64,000 nt of DNA from Utricularia gibba (lineage: Eukaryota; Plantae; Magnoliophyta): the NCBI GenBank assembly GCA_002189035.1, contig NEEC01000002.1, positions 6,138,001-6,202,000 of the forward strand, given 5' to 3'. Below the pieces are notes generated by a model. It made no database searches. It was not told the origin of the DNA and saw nothing but the letters and a program-made list of their open reading frames with translations. Within the stretch, counting starts at the first letter, position 1. Each line of letters begins with the position of its first letter. Shown piece after piece: positions 26,605 to 39,094 of this stretch. The position numbers and the translations under genes are program-made.

Positions 26605-26782
26605 ATTGAGGAATGGACGGGAGAGAAGCCGAGTAGATTAGGGTTTAGGGAGGAATCTGCTCTGGGGTCGTGAATTGCTTGTGATTGAGGTTGTGATTGC
26701 GGAATGGACGGGAGGGAAGCCGAGTGGATTAGGGTTTAGGGGAGGAATCTGCTCGGCGGTCGTGAATTGCTTGTGATTTGGG
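26605..26782 (+). repeat. About 91-bp tandem duplication in the 5' region of mTERF copy 2
   Basis: Two units of ATTG.GGAATGGACGGGAG.GAAGCCGAGT.GATTAGGGTTTAGGG...GTCGTGAATTGCTTGTGATT. mTERF copy 1 has one unit. Confidence 0.85.
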
Positions 26783-26800
26783 GTAGAGAGGTTCGACGGG

Positions 26801-27865
26801 ATGGTATTTGCATATCTGCGAAAGAGCGTCTCCCTCAATTTGTTTCCTAAGGGTGCGGCCTTGTTTCTACGCGAGCGCCACGCTTCCTTCTTGCTTCAGC
26901 TCCACTTCGTCACCAGCGGGAACCCGGATGCTTTCGAACACCAGCCTGCCGGAAATACAAAGACGGTCGCTTCTTTACTCAAGGAAAATGGCTTTTCTGA
27001 AGCGCAATTGGAGAAAGTGTTTCGCAGCAGGCCACGACTGTGCTCCGCTAATTGGGAGACTTCGATAAACCCGAAGATCAAAATTTTCCAGGAATTTGGT
27101 TTTTCTAGTTGCGAAATTGCCAAGATTATCACGAAAGAACCCACAATCTTGTGTTGCAGCGCGAGCAAACTCCGCCCTTCACTCTCTACGCTACTAGGTT
27201 TATTGGGTTGCAGGGGAGCAGTTGTTAATCTACTGGGGACGGGGAAGAACAGGAGATTCTTATCTACCAATTTCGAGAGCACTCTGTTCCCGAACATTGA
27301 GTTCCTGAAGAGCCATGGCCTGTCAATGCAACGCATCAATGGTCTTATACGTTTGTTCCCAGCAACCTTGTTCCTCAAACATGAACTTCTTACAAAACTC
27401 GTTGAAAGATTGGAGAGATTGGGATTTAATCCGAGCTCCAGCAAATTTATCTATGGTCTTTGGACTGTTGCGTCTATGGGTGACGAATTTTGGGAACGAA
27501 AGCTGCGGACTTTCAGGGGTTTTACAGATTCTGATACTCTCAGTGCTTTCAGGAAAGCTCCCCTTGCGCTAACCACGTCGTCCGAGAAGATAAAGAGAAT
27601 TGCAGAGGTTGTTCTCTCTACAAAGAGCTACACCATGTCAGACATTATTGCATTCCCGGTTTGCTTTAAGTGCAGCGTGGAGAAAAGACTAAAGCCACGG
27701 CTGCAATTGTTGCAGATTCTGGAAAAGAAGAAGCTGATCAAGAAATGGCCCAGTCTCACAGTAATTTATGCTTATACCGATGAGAGGTTTCATAAAAGTT
27801 TTGTTGCACCTCATCGGAAGTCATTCACTGGTAAGATTGACAGCACCCTCCTAGATGCAAAATGA
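26801..27865 (+). CDS. mTERF family protein, copy 2
   Basis: 354-aa ORF highly similar to 24075-25145, with an in-frame 2-codon deletion (RTFRDLGF becomes RTFRGF). Confidence 0.9.
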   Translation: MVFAYLRKSVSLNLFPKGAALFLRERHASFLLQLHFVTSGNPDAFEHQPAGNTKTVASLLKENGFSEAQLEKVFRSRPRLCSANWETSINPKIKIFQEFGFSSCEIAKIITKEPTILCCSASKLRPSLSTLLGLLGCRGAVVNLLGTGKNRRFLSTNFESTLFPNIEFLKSHGLSMQRINGLIRLFPATLFLKHELLTKLVERLERLGFNPSSSKFIYGLWTVASMGDEFWERKLRTFRGFTDSDTLSAFRKAPLALTTSSEKIKRIAEVVLSTKSYTMSDIIAFPVCFKCSVEKRLKPRLQLLQILEKKKLIKKWPSLTVIYAYTDERFHKSFVAPHRKSFTGKIDSTLLDAK

Positions 27866-29260
27866 CTTCTTTTTTTGTGGGATTTCATTCAAAATTTTCG
27901 CGGTAGAGGTTCTGGTTTTTGAATGTCGTTCCTGGAGATGAACAGTACATTTCAAGATAACCAGGCGCAAGGGGTATGCCATGATCTTTGGAATCAATCA
28001 TCTCGTTGGTGTTCATCAAAAGAGTTGTCAGTGTACACAGCACCTGAAAAGCAACTTTTTGATTGAGAACAGAACGTCTCACAGTCGTTCATTTGATGAG
28101 GGAGACCTCACCTACGCAACAGAGCTACAATTGGTATTGTGGTGGACATTCAGTCACTGTGCATCAACGATCGTCGACCCCCTCTCAGTATGGGCAGACG
28201 ATCAGTCACGTCGGAGGCCTCACGGTGAGGCGGGACGGCAGTTTCTGAGCGAGAGATCCGGCCGCCTGCAACAATGGCATTCAACCCTGGTCCGCCGTTG
28301 GGACAAGTTTGAAATTCAGATGCTGCGGATTTCAGGGGTGGCCTGAGGCTCTGAGAGATCATCAACCCCGAAAAGACAACAAATTGTACGAACCCAAGAA
28401 AAAAAAAGGGTATTACGATACCACTGTTTTGGATCTTCAAGATCCAGCAAGTTTTGCGGCCCAGGCACAAGATTCTCATGCGGCTGTGGACGAGAGGAGT
28501 AGCGGCGCTGCAAGTACAGTTACTGGAGGAGAGATGATGGTATGAAGGGCATTACGATACCACTCTTTTGCTTAACATTCATTTTTATGAATCATGTTCT
28601 TGATTTAACATTGGGACCTTATTTGATATGAAATCATAAGGTTGATATAATTATGTCTATATACTATTCTCATATATGATATTTTTATATTTACATATTT
28701 GAGTTTGTCTAAATCCATATAATCTATACCCATGAAAATCTAAATCAAATCTTAAATTTTGATCTTTTGGCTCACAAATCCTTGTGTCCAATTAGGGCGA
28801 TGTTTCTATGTGACATCACAGCCCAGCATTTCTTTTCAACCTCATCTAACTTCTGGGTGGTTATTAGAAACAATACTTTTCGAAAAACATAACAAACAGA
28901 ACCTGAATCTTCCGCAATCCTCGATCATCAACGAGTACATCTATGCATGCGGAAGATGCCCGGCTTCATGAAATGACCACCAATGTATTTTCTTATTTTT
29001 TTTGTTTAAATGTGTGTGTATACAAAGGAAAGTAATCGTCCAAGTCAATTTTCTCTATCTGTTTCCAGGAGGGGAAGCTGGGAGGAGACTAAAAAAGAGG
29101 AAACAAAACCTGTTGAATTAAATAGGAGGCCTGTGGCATCCTCAACGCTCCCAGTAGGATGATGGCTCCTGCACGTATTCATTCCTCCGCACTATCAATG
29201 ATCCACAGAAATTCAGCATACCAAAACAAGAGGAAAGAAAAGCAGCATAAAAATGATGTG

Positions 29261-32116
29261 TTAAGAGAGATTAAGATGCTTGGGTGAGTGAGTGCCCACC
29301 TGTTCGGAAGGGCGGGTCCGGAGGATGGGCGGCCGGAGGTCCAAATCCATGGGACGGTCATTTTGTTGGATCTCTGCATCGGTGAACGTGAGGGCTCGTT
29401 GCAGTTTCTTTGGGCAGAATACTTCGAGTTGGACAACGTAGGATGCAGCCACGGGACGGTGGTCCGATAACCTGATGTCGGTCCTTTGGTAGCTCAGCTG
29501 CTCCATTCCCGCTCCAAAGGACAGGACACGGTCGCACCTGCATGCGCCACCAACAAGAGATGAGAGGGAATCTTCCATTTGGGACAGTAATCACAAGAAC
29601 CCGAAAAAGAGCTGCACGGCAATGAACATGAACGACCAAGAGCAAGCCGGTAGACAAAAAAACCAGTAAACCATTTTCCTTTTTATAGGACATCTTTCAG
29701 GTTTTGTACCCATTCAGACAACTATTGGGAACGACTGGTAGTTTTTCCCGGTTGGACCAATCGACAGTGGATTACCATGCTGGTGTTCTTCTGCCGGTTT
29801 TGTGATTCTCGTGGATGTACGAGTCCGAGTCGTATTCGTATTTGTAGGTTGGGGCAAAGCTCAATGTACCTTCGGACCATCCACCAAATGTACCGCCAGG
29901 TTTTTGCTCTTTGACAAGCTGTTGAAAGAAAAGAATACCAAGCCATCAGAGTTTGGAAACTGTAGTGTCACATGCAGTACACCAGATATGGGTGTAGTGA
30001 GCGCAATGTTCACCTGATCGTGGTAAGCTAAGTGAGGCCAATTCTGGTTCGAAATGAGCTCTCTCGCCCGTTCGTAGGGTAAGTTTATTCGGTAGTTAAG
30101 ATCCCCCAGCCAGATTATTCTCCTGCAGCCATAGTGACGCAGACATTAACAACATGCTGAAGAAAGAATACAAGAGAAGATGAACTTCTCTTACTCATGG
30201 TCATATATTCTTCTAGGAAGTCCAAGAGAAGCGAATGAGCTGAAACGTGTGCGTCTGTGAATTTCATAAACATCTGCATTTCTCCTCATTACATCACTAT
30301 CTTTCTCCCCTGCCGCTAGATGACAGCACACGAAACAGAAGAGCGTCTGATGAATCGACATGCTAACAGATATTGATCCCTGAAAGAACTTATAGTTGAG
30401 TTACTGTCCTGAAGACGGAAATAAATGGCAAAGTGTGGGTAGAAAAGGTGAACCTTGTTTCCAATGTAGCCCATGGCACCAACACCAACAGCAGAAACTT
30501 TAACGTTTTGTATATGCTTCCGTAAGCTTCTCCTAACCCATATGGTAATCAAAATCCCGACCATTTGCTTGCTTACTATCCTAACAAATGCTGCTCTTCT
30601 TTTGCGGTTGATCAAAGATTCAAGGTCAAGTTCTGCAAGTGAGGACACATCAGCCACGGTGGCCCTATTATCAGCTTCCAAGTTTAGTCTTGAAGAACTT
30701 CTGTTGACCCTGAAAGATTTGGTAGATTTAAAGGAGGCATATGACCTTAATCTACACTCTGTCTCCAAAACATGGTGCGACAAAAGGTGAAGTGGTGGGT
30801 CAGGCCAGTTTAAACCTATCCTTTCTGTTCCACTAAGTACCCTCGTGAGTTTCGGAATATTTGGAGACTTTGGAGATAACAAACTTTCCTCAAAATCATC
30901 TATTTTCAGGCAGTTCAGTCTGCTCAACTTCTTATATGATGAAAGCTGCTTTTCCTCCAGTTCAGTCCCCAGAGGAAAAACAGAGGTTTCTTCATTAAAA
31001 CTAGAAGTTGATTCCTCTTCAAGCAAAGGGAAGATTTCATCTTCTATATCACTTCCTGATTCAATACCGTTTTCGACATCAGGTGCATCATTCGATGGCT
31101 TAAACTTGGATGGAGAAGGTGGATCACTGTAGCTTTTGTACTTGTCACTAAACGGTGGAACTTGATCCAAAGTTTCACGAATGATATCCTCCCATCTTGA
31201 AACTGGCCTACTATCTTCTGCTCCGAATATGTTACCGGCGTTCAAAGGAATAATCTCCTGAAGCCTAAAAACGAACCGCGTTTCACATGCCAGAGAATTC
31301 TTGGAAATGGGAAGCTTAAGCAGCAGGATTGCATACCCAATTACATAAAGATCAGCCGGGTCATCAATCTGCAACCAATCACTAAGATCCAGATCATCGG
31401 GAGGAACTCTACCTCCAACATTCCACGTGGCAGCGCATATTCTTGAAATGGAAAAGGGTGAGTGGGACTCAGCTGTCATCAATCACCCAAACCTTTTTTG
31501 TTTACTCATTAATGGCTTACCGAATTTCCTTATTATCAATGTAGTGAGCTCTAAATGTCTCAGAGTTTCTTCTCCTCCTTCTAGGCCGAGCCCCAGGATC
31601 TACAAAAAGTAGCATTTGATTCTAATGTTTCTTACATGTATTAGATCTAAGGAAAAACCATTAGTATCCAAGAAACAGAGACCATCGTCAACGAATGTCG
31701 ACCGGAGTCCAATTTAGAAGACAACTGCTTACCGTCGGAATCAATCCGGATATGATCAATTAGGTCATTCTCCCTTGGCCATTGGCAGTATTCTGAAACA
31801 ACAAAAAAAAGCTAGATAAAAGCCTAATAAAAACAAACAAGCTAAACATCCAATCTAAGTCAAAATCATAAAAACCAATACGGCTTTCAGAATCGGAGTC
31901 GGAACATCCAGAATCAGTATCCGCAGAGTAATCGGAGTTGCTCGCCGCAAGATTAAGCCACTTCCGTACCACCAAGCGCCGCCACGAAACCTGCGATCCC
32001 ATTCCACAACCATTCAGATTCAAATTCACCGAATCAAGCACTCAAAGAAACAGACCGCAAACCTCCTGTTGCTGCATCTGTTGGTTTCTGGCGCCGTTAT
32101 CCTTCACCTTCCTCAT
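29261..32116 (-). CDS. Type I inositol polyphosphate 5-phosphatase (IP5P1/5PTase1-like)
   Basis: Multi-exon gene with RRLVVRKWLN, ICAATWNVGG, QEIIPLNAGNIFG, FVRIVSKQMVGI, IIWLGDLNYR, FAPTYKY, RTPAWCDRVL and SDHRPV. The exact C-terminal end is uncertain. Confidence 0.92.
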
Positions 32117-35100
32117 ACTCGCGCCGAGAAAGCCCTTCCAAGACGGAGAAAATGCAGCGGCGTCAGCTGTCCTTCAGGAATGGAGCGTATCCTCATAGAA
32201 GGGAGCGAAAGCGAAGAGAACGAGAAGGGAGAGTTGGCAGAGTTCTGGCTTTTTTAATTGGCGGGTGGGGGGACGGTGTGGGAAGGAGATGAATAGAGTT
32301 TCGTATTAGATATTGCCGGGAAATGGGACCCACCGCTTTAACTGCAGTGAAGTGAAGTGAAGACTTCTCCTACCGCACCTCCGTGGTCGGCAATACAGCC
32401 GATCATTCCCCTCATAGATATTATTTTATAAGCACATTTGTTTCATCAAAAACGAAAAAAATTCCTCTAGTATTTTATTCATATTTAAAAATTACTTGTA
32501 AAAAATTTATTGAATGTATATAGTATAGTTTTAAAATGAGCTTTCAAAACCGAAGAGATGCAAACTGATTCCATTATATAATTTGAAGCAGCTTCAAATT
32601 ACATATAATATAGTCAGTTTTGAAATTATGTTAATATAATTAATTTTGATATTTTAAAATTATTTTCTATAAAAATTTAAAAATTAATAAATTGAAATAT
32701 ATATTATAAAATTTAATATATTCAATTATTATATATTTTAATATTATGATATAATATATTTGTATAATAGATAAAAATTCAATATTATAATTTCTATAAT
32801 TCATCTATTATTTAAGAATTAAAATAGAAATTCAAGAAACTTAATAATTTCTGAAATTAATCAAATAATCTAAATTTTTAATTTTAATACAAGACGGTCA
32901 AAGTTAAATATAATTATTTTGTGAAATCATTTGCATAGAATAGACTCATATTATTTTATTGTTTTTTTGTAACAGCTCATGTCATATTATAAATCAATAG
33001 CATTTTTAATTCAATAATTGATCACAATATAAAAAAGAAATAATTATATAAATTCATTAATGTCAATAAAATAAGAAAATTTAAATAGGTTTCATGGAAG
33101 CAGAAATTAAATTAAAATAAGACACAATAGCAAAACCTTCATTTTAACATGTTCATTGCAAATGTAAATAACACACTGTTGTCAATATATGTAATATACT
33201 TGTTTTTTTTAAAATAATCCATTTGCAAAATAAATTAATGAATAATAATGAAAACCACAGATCATTCTTACGTAAGACATGTCATTAATAATCAAAAAGT
33301 TTATATAATTTTTATATTGCAATTTGGGTCATTTATAAATTATCAATAATTAACGATATAAAAAATCCATATTTTTAAAAATTATATAAGATAAATATCA
33401 ATTAAATTGTGTTTTTATCTTTAAAAAATAATAAAAAACATTTTATCCATAAGAAAATGAAATATTAAATAAATTAAATTATTTAACGAATTATATCTCG
33501 AATAATACCGGTTCAACCCGGCCCTTAAAATAGGGGGTGAATATTGAGTGATTGTGAGGTCTCCTTCGATGGGTGGGAATGAATGTGTTGGATGTGGTGG
33601 GGGTGCATGTGTGTCGTGGAGTGGATGCCGTCAGCCGTCAGATCATGGGAGTGACTTTCAGTAATTTAATCCTGTCCGTCCGTCGCATGTGACCTGCAGC
33701 AACGATGAAAGCCACCCTTAGCGGCATTCAATTGTTGTATTGTAATGTATCATAATAATAAACACACAGGATAAATAAATTAAATTAAATTAAACAGTAG
33801 TCGTGGGTGCTTTGCCTTTACGCAGTGTGCGTGTGTGAGCTGGCCGTCCACTCCGGTACACTGCATCTGCATGGAAGCGACCACATGGCGCGCATACGCC
33901 TCCCGGTGCGGTGGTGGCCACGTCTTTCCACGTCGGCGTCGTTACTATTTCGGGTTGAATTTTATCTGCCCCAAAAACAGCCTGTAAAAGGAAATAATAG
34001 TACCCGATCCCACGTCGGCATCCCATTTGATGATTCAAGGTCGAAAATAGGGATCACTATTTTTCAAAAAAACCATCCACTTTTAACTAAATGCAAAATA
34101 TTACTATTAAAGGGATGTTGTTAGGCTGATATTTTAATAATACACGAGTGTTATGTAAAATAATTGTAAAACATTTCGAATAAAATATTTCAAAATCTCA
34201 CATTTATTCTAAATATATTTATCAAATATGATATTATTTTTAAGCATATACATGCAAAAACTATGTACTAAATCTCGACCACAAACTAAATGAGAGTCCA
34301 TCTGTTTTTTTTTTATCATCTATATTTGATATTTCTCTGCCACATGAATTAATAATAATATTATTATTATTGGGAAATGGGATAGGAAAATGCAATAATG
34401 AAAAAGAGAATGAAAGACGTAATGTAAAACAAGGGTTCATAATGGGAATGCGACTCATTGCATTAAATATATTGCATTACTCATGTGTTGGAATGAGTGT
34501 TAAACAATTCCTTTTTTCTTTTTGGGTACAAAAGAAAAGCGTTGAAAGAGAGGAGGGGGATGTGCCAAAAAGGGAGGTGTCAAGTGGGCATGGGACGGGA
34601 GGCACAATCTGCCATTTCAAATGTGATCGATCCCCTTCTGTCAACGTCCATTCCACTTCAACATTTCACACAAGGAGGGGAGCAGCTGCATGGAGAGGAA
34701 CAAGTAGCCGATCAGGCAGCATTGTGGTCTGTTCTTGCTGTGGCCAACTGCCTTCTACTCCCATTAGGCAGCTCACCTTGGTTTATGATACCAGAGCTCA
34801 AAACTTTGTACAAGTATTTTACCATGTGTTTCTACTGTGTTGTAAACCTGATCAGAGATTGACGTAGACCCCAGAGCATCAGGGCGAAGGCTTTGCTGCT
34901 GTTCACCTGGTTGCCAGCTTGGGAACTGAGGATTTCGATGCTTGGGAAGAATGGAAGAAACTACAGATAGCTGAATATTGTAATGACCAAAATGAAGTCC
35001 AAACACATTCCAGACATATTATTGATCAAAGGAGAAGAAGCTTTCTCTTATGTCTTGGTTACGCATCAATCTCTCTCCAACACGAGGGAGAAAAAAGAGG

Positions 35101-35139
35101 TGCAGAAACTACACATAGCCAGGTGTGAGTTCCGCTGCT

Positions 35140-37096
35140 TTAAAGGAAATTCCGGATGTCCAGTGTCTTCACATCCGGGACGTCTTCGTTCTTGAACTCT
35201 TCTCTGTGAAAGCAGGGGAAAATCGGTGTAATTCTAACCACAAAAGACACGAATATACACATCTGGTATGTGGGGAAGGCTTTACCGCTTCTTTTGAGTT
35301 CCCATTGCTTCAAGGGCATCTTTCTTCAAGTCCTCGAGTTGAGCCTTAGCGATTTTGAGTTCCAGCTGTTCCTCATATTTGGGGAGGTCTTCAGGGCGAA
35401 TGCCAAGCCTAAGATGGCGAACCACACAGTCGATAATATACATCATAGGATGAGCATGTTACAAAAATACACATGCTGATTCAGTTAGTAAAATGAACGC
35501 AAAGCTTGATTCCTTGGACCTACTTGCGGTTGATCTTGTCAAATTCTGCCTTGAGAAGGGCCATTCCCTTCTTATCATTTCGCAATAGTGGTTTTTTCAG
35601 ATCTTTCTCAACTTTGTCCAATGCTTCTATCATCATATTTTCCGCTCCTAGTTCATCAACAAGGCCTCTCCTGATGAAAAAATAATGGAGAATTGATATG
35701 GCTACAAGTGGGGGCAATAGATCCTGTTATACATATCATGATGGCATTATTGCACCTCCGAACAGAATAAAGTTTAAACCATCGAGAAACTACAAAAAGA
35801 AAAAAAATTCATAAAATGATTATGATAAAACATACTTGATCCTTATGTCCTTTAAAGCTAGCAAATAGGATCGAGCATCAGGAATACCACTTGTTCGTGT
35901 TTCAATAGTATGCTTGATCCTCTGTGACTCAGAGAAAAGACCAGCCCTGAGAGTGTTAAGAACAAAAGGTAAGAAAAACTAGCTTGAGTATAAAGATGTT
36001 TATCTCACATAAAATACAATGAGAATCACAACAGTACACAAAGTAATCCACCATACCCACTAGAAAGGAAGCAGCATTAAACGGATAGCACATATAGATA
36101 TGAATTTTAAGATAGCCAACATAAAATGACATCATAGAAGATAAAAGGCTTCCTTATTGCTCTTACATATTGCAATCTGAAGTACACAATTGCACAACAT
36201 CTTACTTTTCTCTTACAGTCTTCATAACTTTGGCATACTGAGACACTGCACCAGAATCTTCAGGATCGATGGTGATCTTCTCTTTCCTTAAGATATCTAC
36301 TGCTGTTTCAAACTTCTTCTTGACCTCAAGGAAAATACCCTTGAGCAGCTCTTAATAAGCACAAGAAAAAGTCAGAACCTCAAATCCAAGTACCATTCAC
36401 AAAAATATAGATCATCTAAAATTTCAATGTCCAAGAAAAAAAATCATATGAAGTATTCACCCTATCAACGTCCATCAGCCAAAAAATGAGAAAGCTAAAA
36501 CCCGCCCGAACGGCCAGTACTGATGCTCAAAAGTTCAATACCACATGAAGCATTGATTTATGAGCTCGAGAATGAAGAGAGGCAAAGCTCATCATTTACA
36601 AAATTTTAAAAAATCTCAAAATCCCCATCTCATGCAGTAATTTCTCATCAACATCAGCATAAAAGGCACAACATACCAACACATTCCATCAACCAGTCAT
36701 CAAGATACAACATTCTAATATAAATTAAAACCCACCGTCACTCTTCAACGCAGGAGGAGCACTTTCGGCTCCTTTTGAAAAAGTACGAACTGCAGCACCA
36801 TGATTTAATCTCAAAATAGCCTGCCGACAACATACCAGAGGAAATCAAACTCCACATAGAATCAATCAGCCCTGGCTCAGTAGATAAAATTGCGTAATAT
36901 TCAATGCGAAAAGAACTGGCAAACAACATTTTGGATTCAAAGCAGTGAACAACTATTTCATGGATCGATACACAGAAACCTCTGCACCCTCCCGGCTGAT
37001 CTTTCGAACAAACCCAATGCGAAAATGGACAGAAAATTCGATCAAATAGAATACCTTGCCATTAGATCTGCAGAGGAAGCGAGAGGCGAACGCCAT
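35140..37096 (-). CDS. MGP1: Mitochondrial ATP synthase 24-kDa subunit (FAd)
   Basis: Seven exons give MAFASRFL..., KKKFETAVDILRKEKITIDPED, GLVDELGAENMMIEALDKVEKDLKKPLLRNDKKGM and EEFKNEDVPDVKTLDIRNFL. Confidence 0.92.
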
Positions 37097-37439
37097 AATT
37101 CCCGATTGGCAGAAACGATCTGTGCAAATCGCGAGAAGGCGCACCGATTTCAGCTGACCTAGCTTTTTATTTGTTTTATTTTTAAATCATCGAGAAACCC
37201 GAATTTATTTTTAATTTACATTTTCTCGTTTATAAATTATAAAATCACCAAATATTAAAATTTTTCTTAAAAAACATTTGGGGTGTTTTTAAGACGATAT
37301 ATGTTAAAAATACTGATAAAATGTATTACTATACATTTATTTATAAAATATAATATTATTTTAAATATATATTTGTAAAATGAACAATACTAGTTATATA
37401 TCTCTCATCGTCAAATATGTTACATTTTGATTTTTTTTT

Positions 37440-37885
37440 TCAAAATACCCTATTTGCAAAATACCTTATAAATGAAATATCTAAAATATCAACCATAAAC
37501 CTTAAATAATAAAATCAAATTTCCAAAATCAAAATCCAAACACATGAACTCTAGATCCTGAATGCAAAACCTCATTCTAGAAGTCTGAAACCCTAATTCT
37601 CAATTCTAAATTGTAGACTCTATTATAGAATAGAGAATCCTAAACTCTATTATACAATCTTAAATCTTAAACCCTAAATATTAAATCATAAAATCAAAAT
37701 GATAAATCTAAAAAATATTATTAAAAATTTTAAAATGTGATAGTTTTGTTAAAAAAAAAGCAAAATAAATCACAAAAATAAGGTAAAATACAAAGAAAAA
37801 CTCATTTATTTGGTATTTTATAAAATTTTGATAATGATAGAGTAAATCACAAAATAAAATAAAAAAGGGTATTTGCCCCATTTCC
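37440..37885. mobile_element. Possible Mutator-like MITE remnant with degenerate AAACCCT-type subrepeats
   Basis: Terminal AAATACCCT (near 37442) and AGGGTATTT (near 37866), with an interior containing AAACCCTAA/AAATCTTAA/AATCCTAAA units. Confidence 0.35.
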
Positions 37886-39094
37886 CCTTTATAAAGCCTA
37901 TGTAATGACCATAATTTTATTCATAATTAAAATACGATTATTTATTAAATTATTTATTTAGTAATCCATTTAGTTTCATGCTTTCAGTTGCAGAGCATGA
38001 AACTAAAAATCATGTAAACAATCCACGTTGTTGAATCATGTTTTCCGGAAATGTTAATATTATATTTCAAAAAATTGAGTTATTGAGTTTAATTTATTAA
38101 GTTTTCTTTATTTTTTTTATTTATTTTCGAAAATTATAATATTAAAATAAAAATTCAAAATTACATTTTAAACCGTTTCTAGAAGAAAACGAAATTTACT
38201 TATTTTCATTTACTGAAAAAATGATAAACAAACTTACTCATTTTCAGAAATATTTATCTGATTTTCGGAAATGCAATATCATCATTTACATAAATGATTA
38301 AAGATGCATTTATAAAGGAAACTATTTTATCCTTTTTTTAATATGGAATTTTTTTTTCTGATAATTACGATGTGGTGTAGGTGAAGACTTTTGTCCATAG
38401 GCGAAATCCCCTTTGGATTACACAGTTTTGTAATCACGAGTGTGAACGGATGCAATTTAATTTAATAATAACAGGTCTTTCAGGTGGTGACGTGTAAGCG
38501 TTTCATTGGCTAAGATTGTTGGCCTCATCCCAGTCAAATAAGGCGGCTAGACCACACACCTTCTGGTAATTAATTAAATGTATTTGAATACTTTTATTCG
38601 GAAAAATAAGTTTTTTATTTAAAATTTCATTTATGAAAAAATACAAACTTATTTATAATTAGATGATAAAATATTATATTATTATTTTTATTTAAATACA
38701 GTATGATTATTTAATATGAATATTTTATTAATATTATATAAACATATTTTTTAATTATTTATTTTTGTGTAAATTAGTCTCATTACACAGCATAAAAATG
38801 GAGGAGGATTTTGGGGGGAGGAAAGCGTAGTCGTTGTTCCGTACACATCGTTGACAAGGGTTGAGACCGGGGTGACGCGTGGCACCAGGGGTACGGCGGG
38901 TCTTCGTTAGTGTGGTGGAACAGCAGTTAGGAAATCACTCCCAAATTTTCAGATAAAATTTCACTTATAAATACCCACTGACTGCCTGCCTTCCTTCCGA
39001 CTTCCTCAGCACGATTATTCTCCTCTGTCTACAGTTCCCTTTCTCCTCGTTTGTGTTTCTCCGTTTATTGATTTCGCTTTTCTTATGCTTTGGG

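Noticed and set aside
34007-34017. snRNA USE-like ATCCCACGTCG
   Set aside because: One mismatch to the consensus, no TATA box at Pol II or Pol III spacing, and no recognisable snRNA downstream.
37540-37700. Interstitial telomeric repeat
   Set aside because: Only scattered degenerate AAACCCT units with no tandem array. Better explained as MITE interior.
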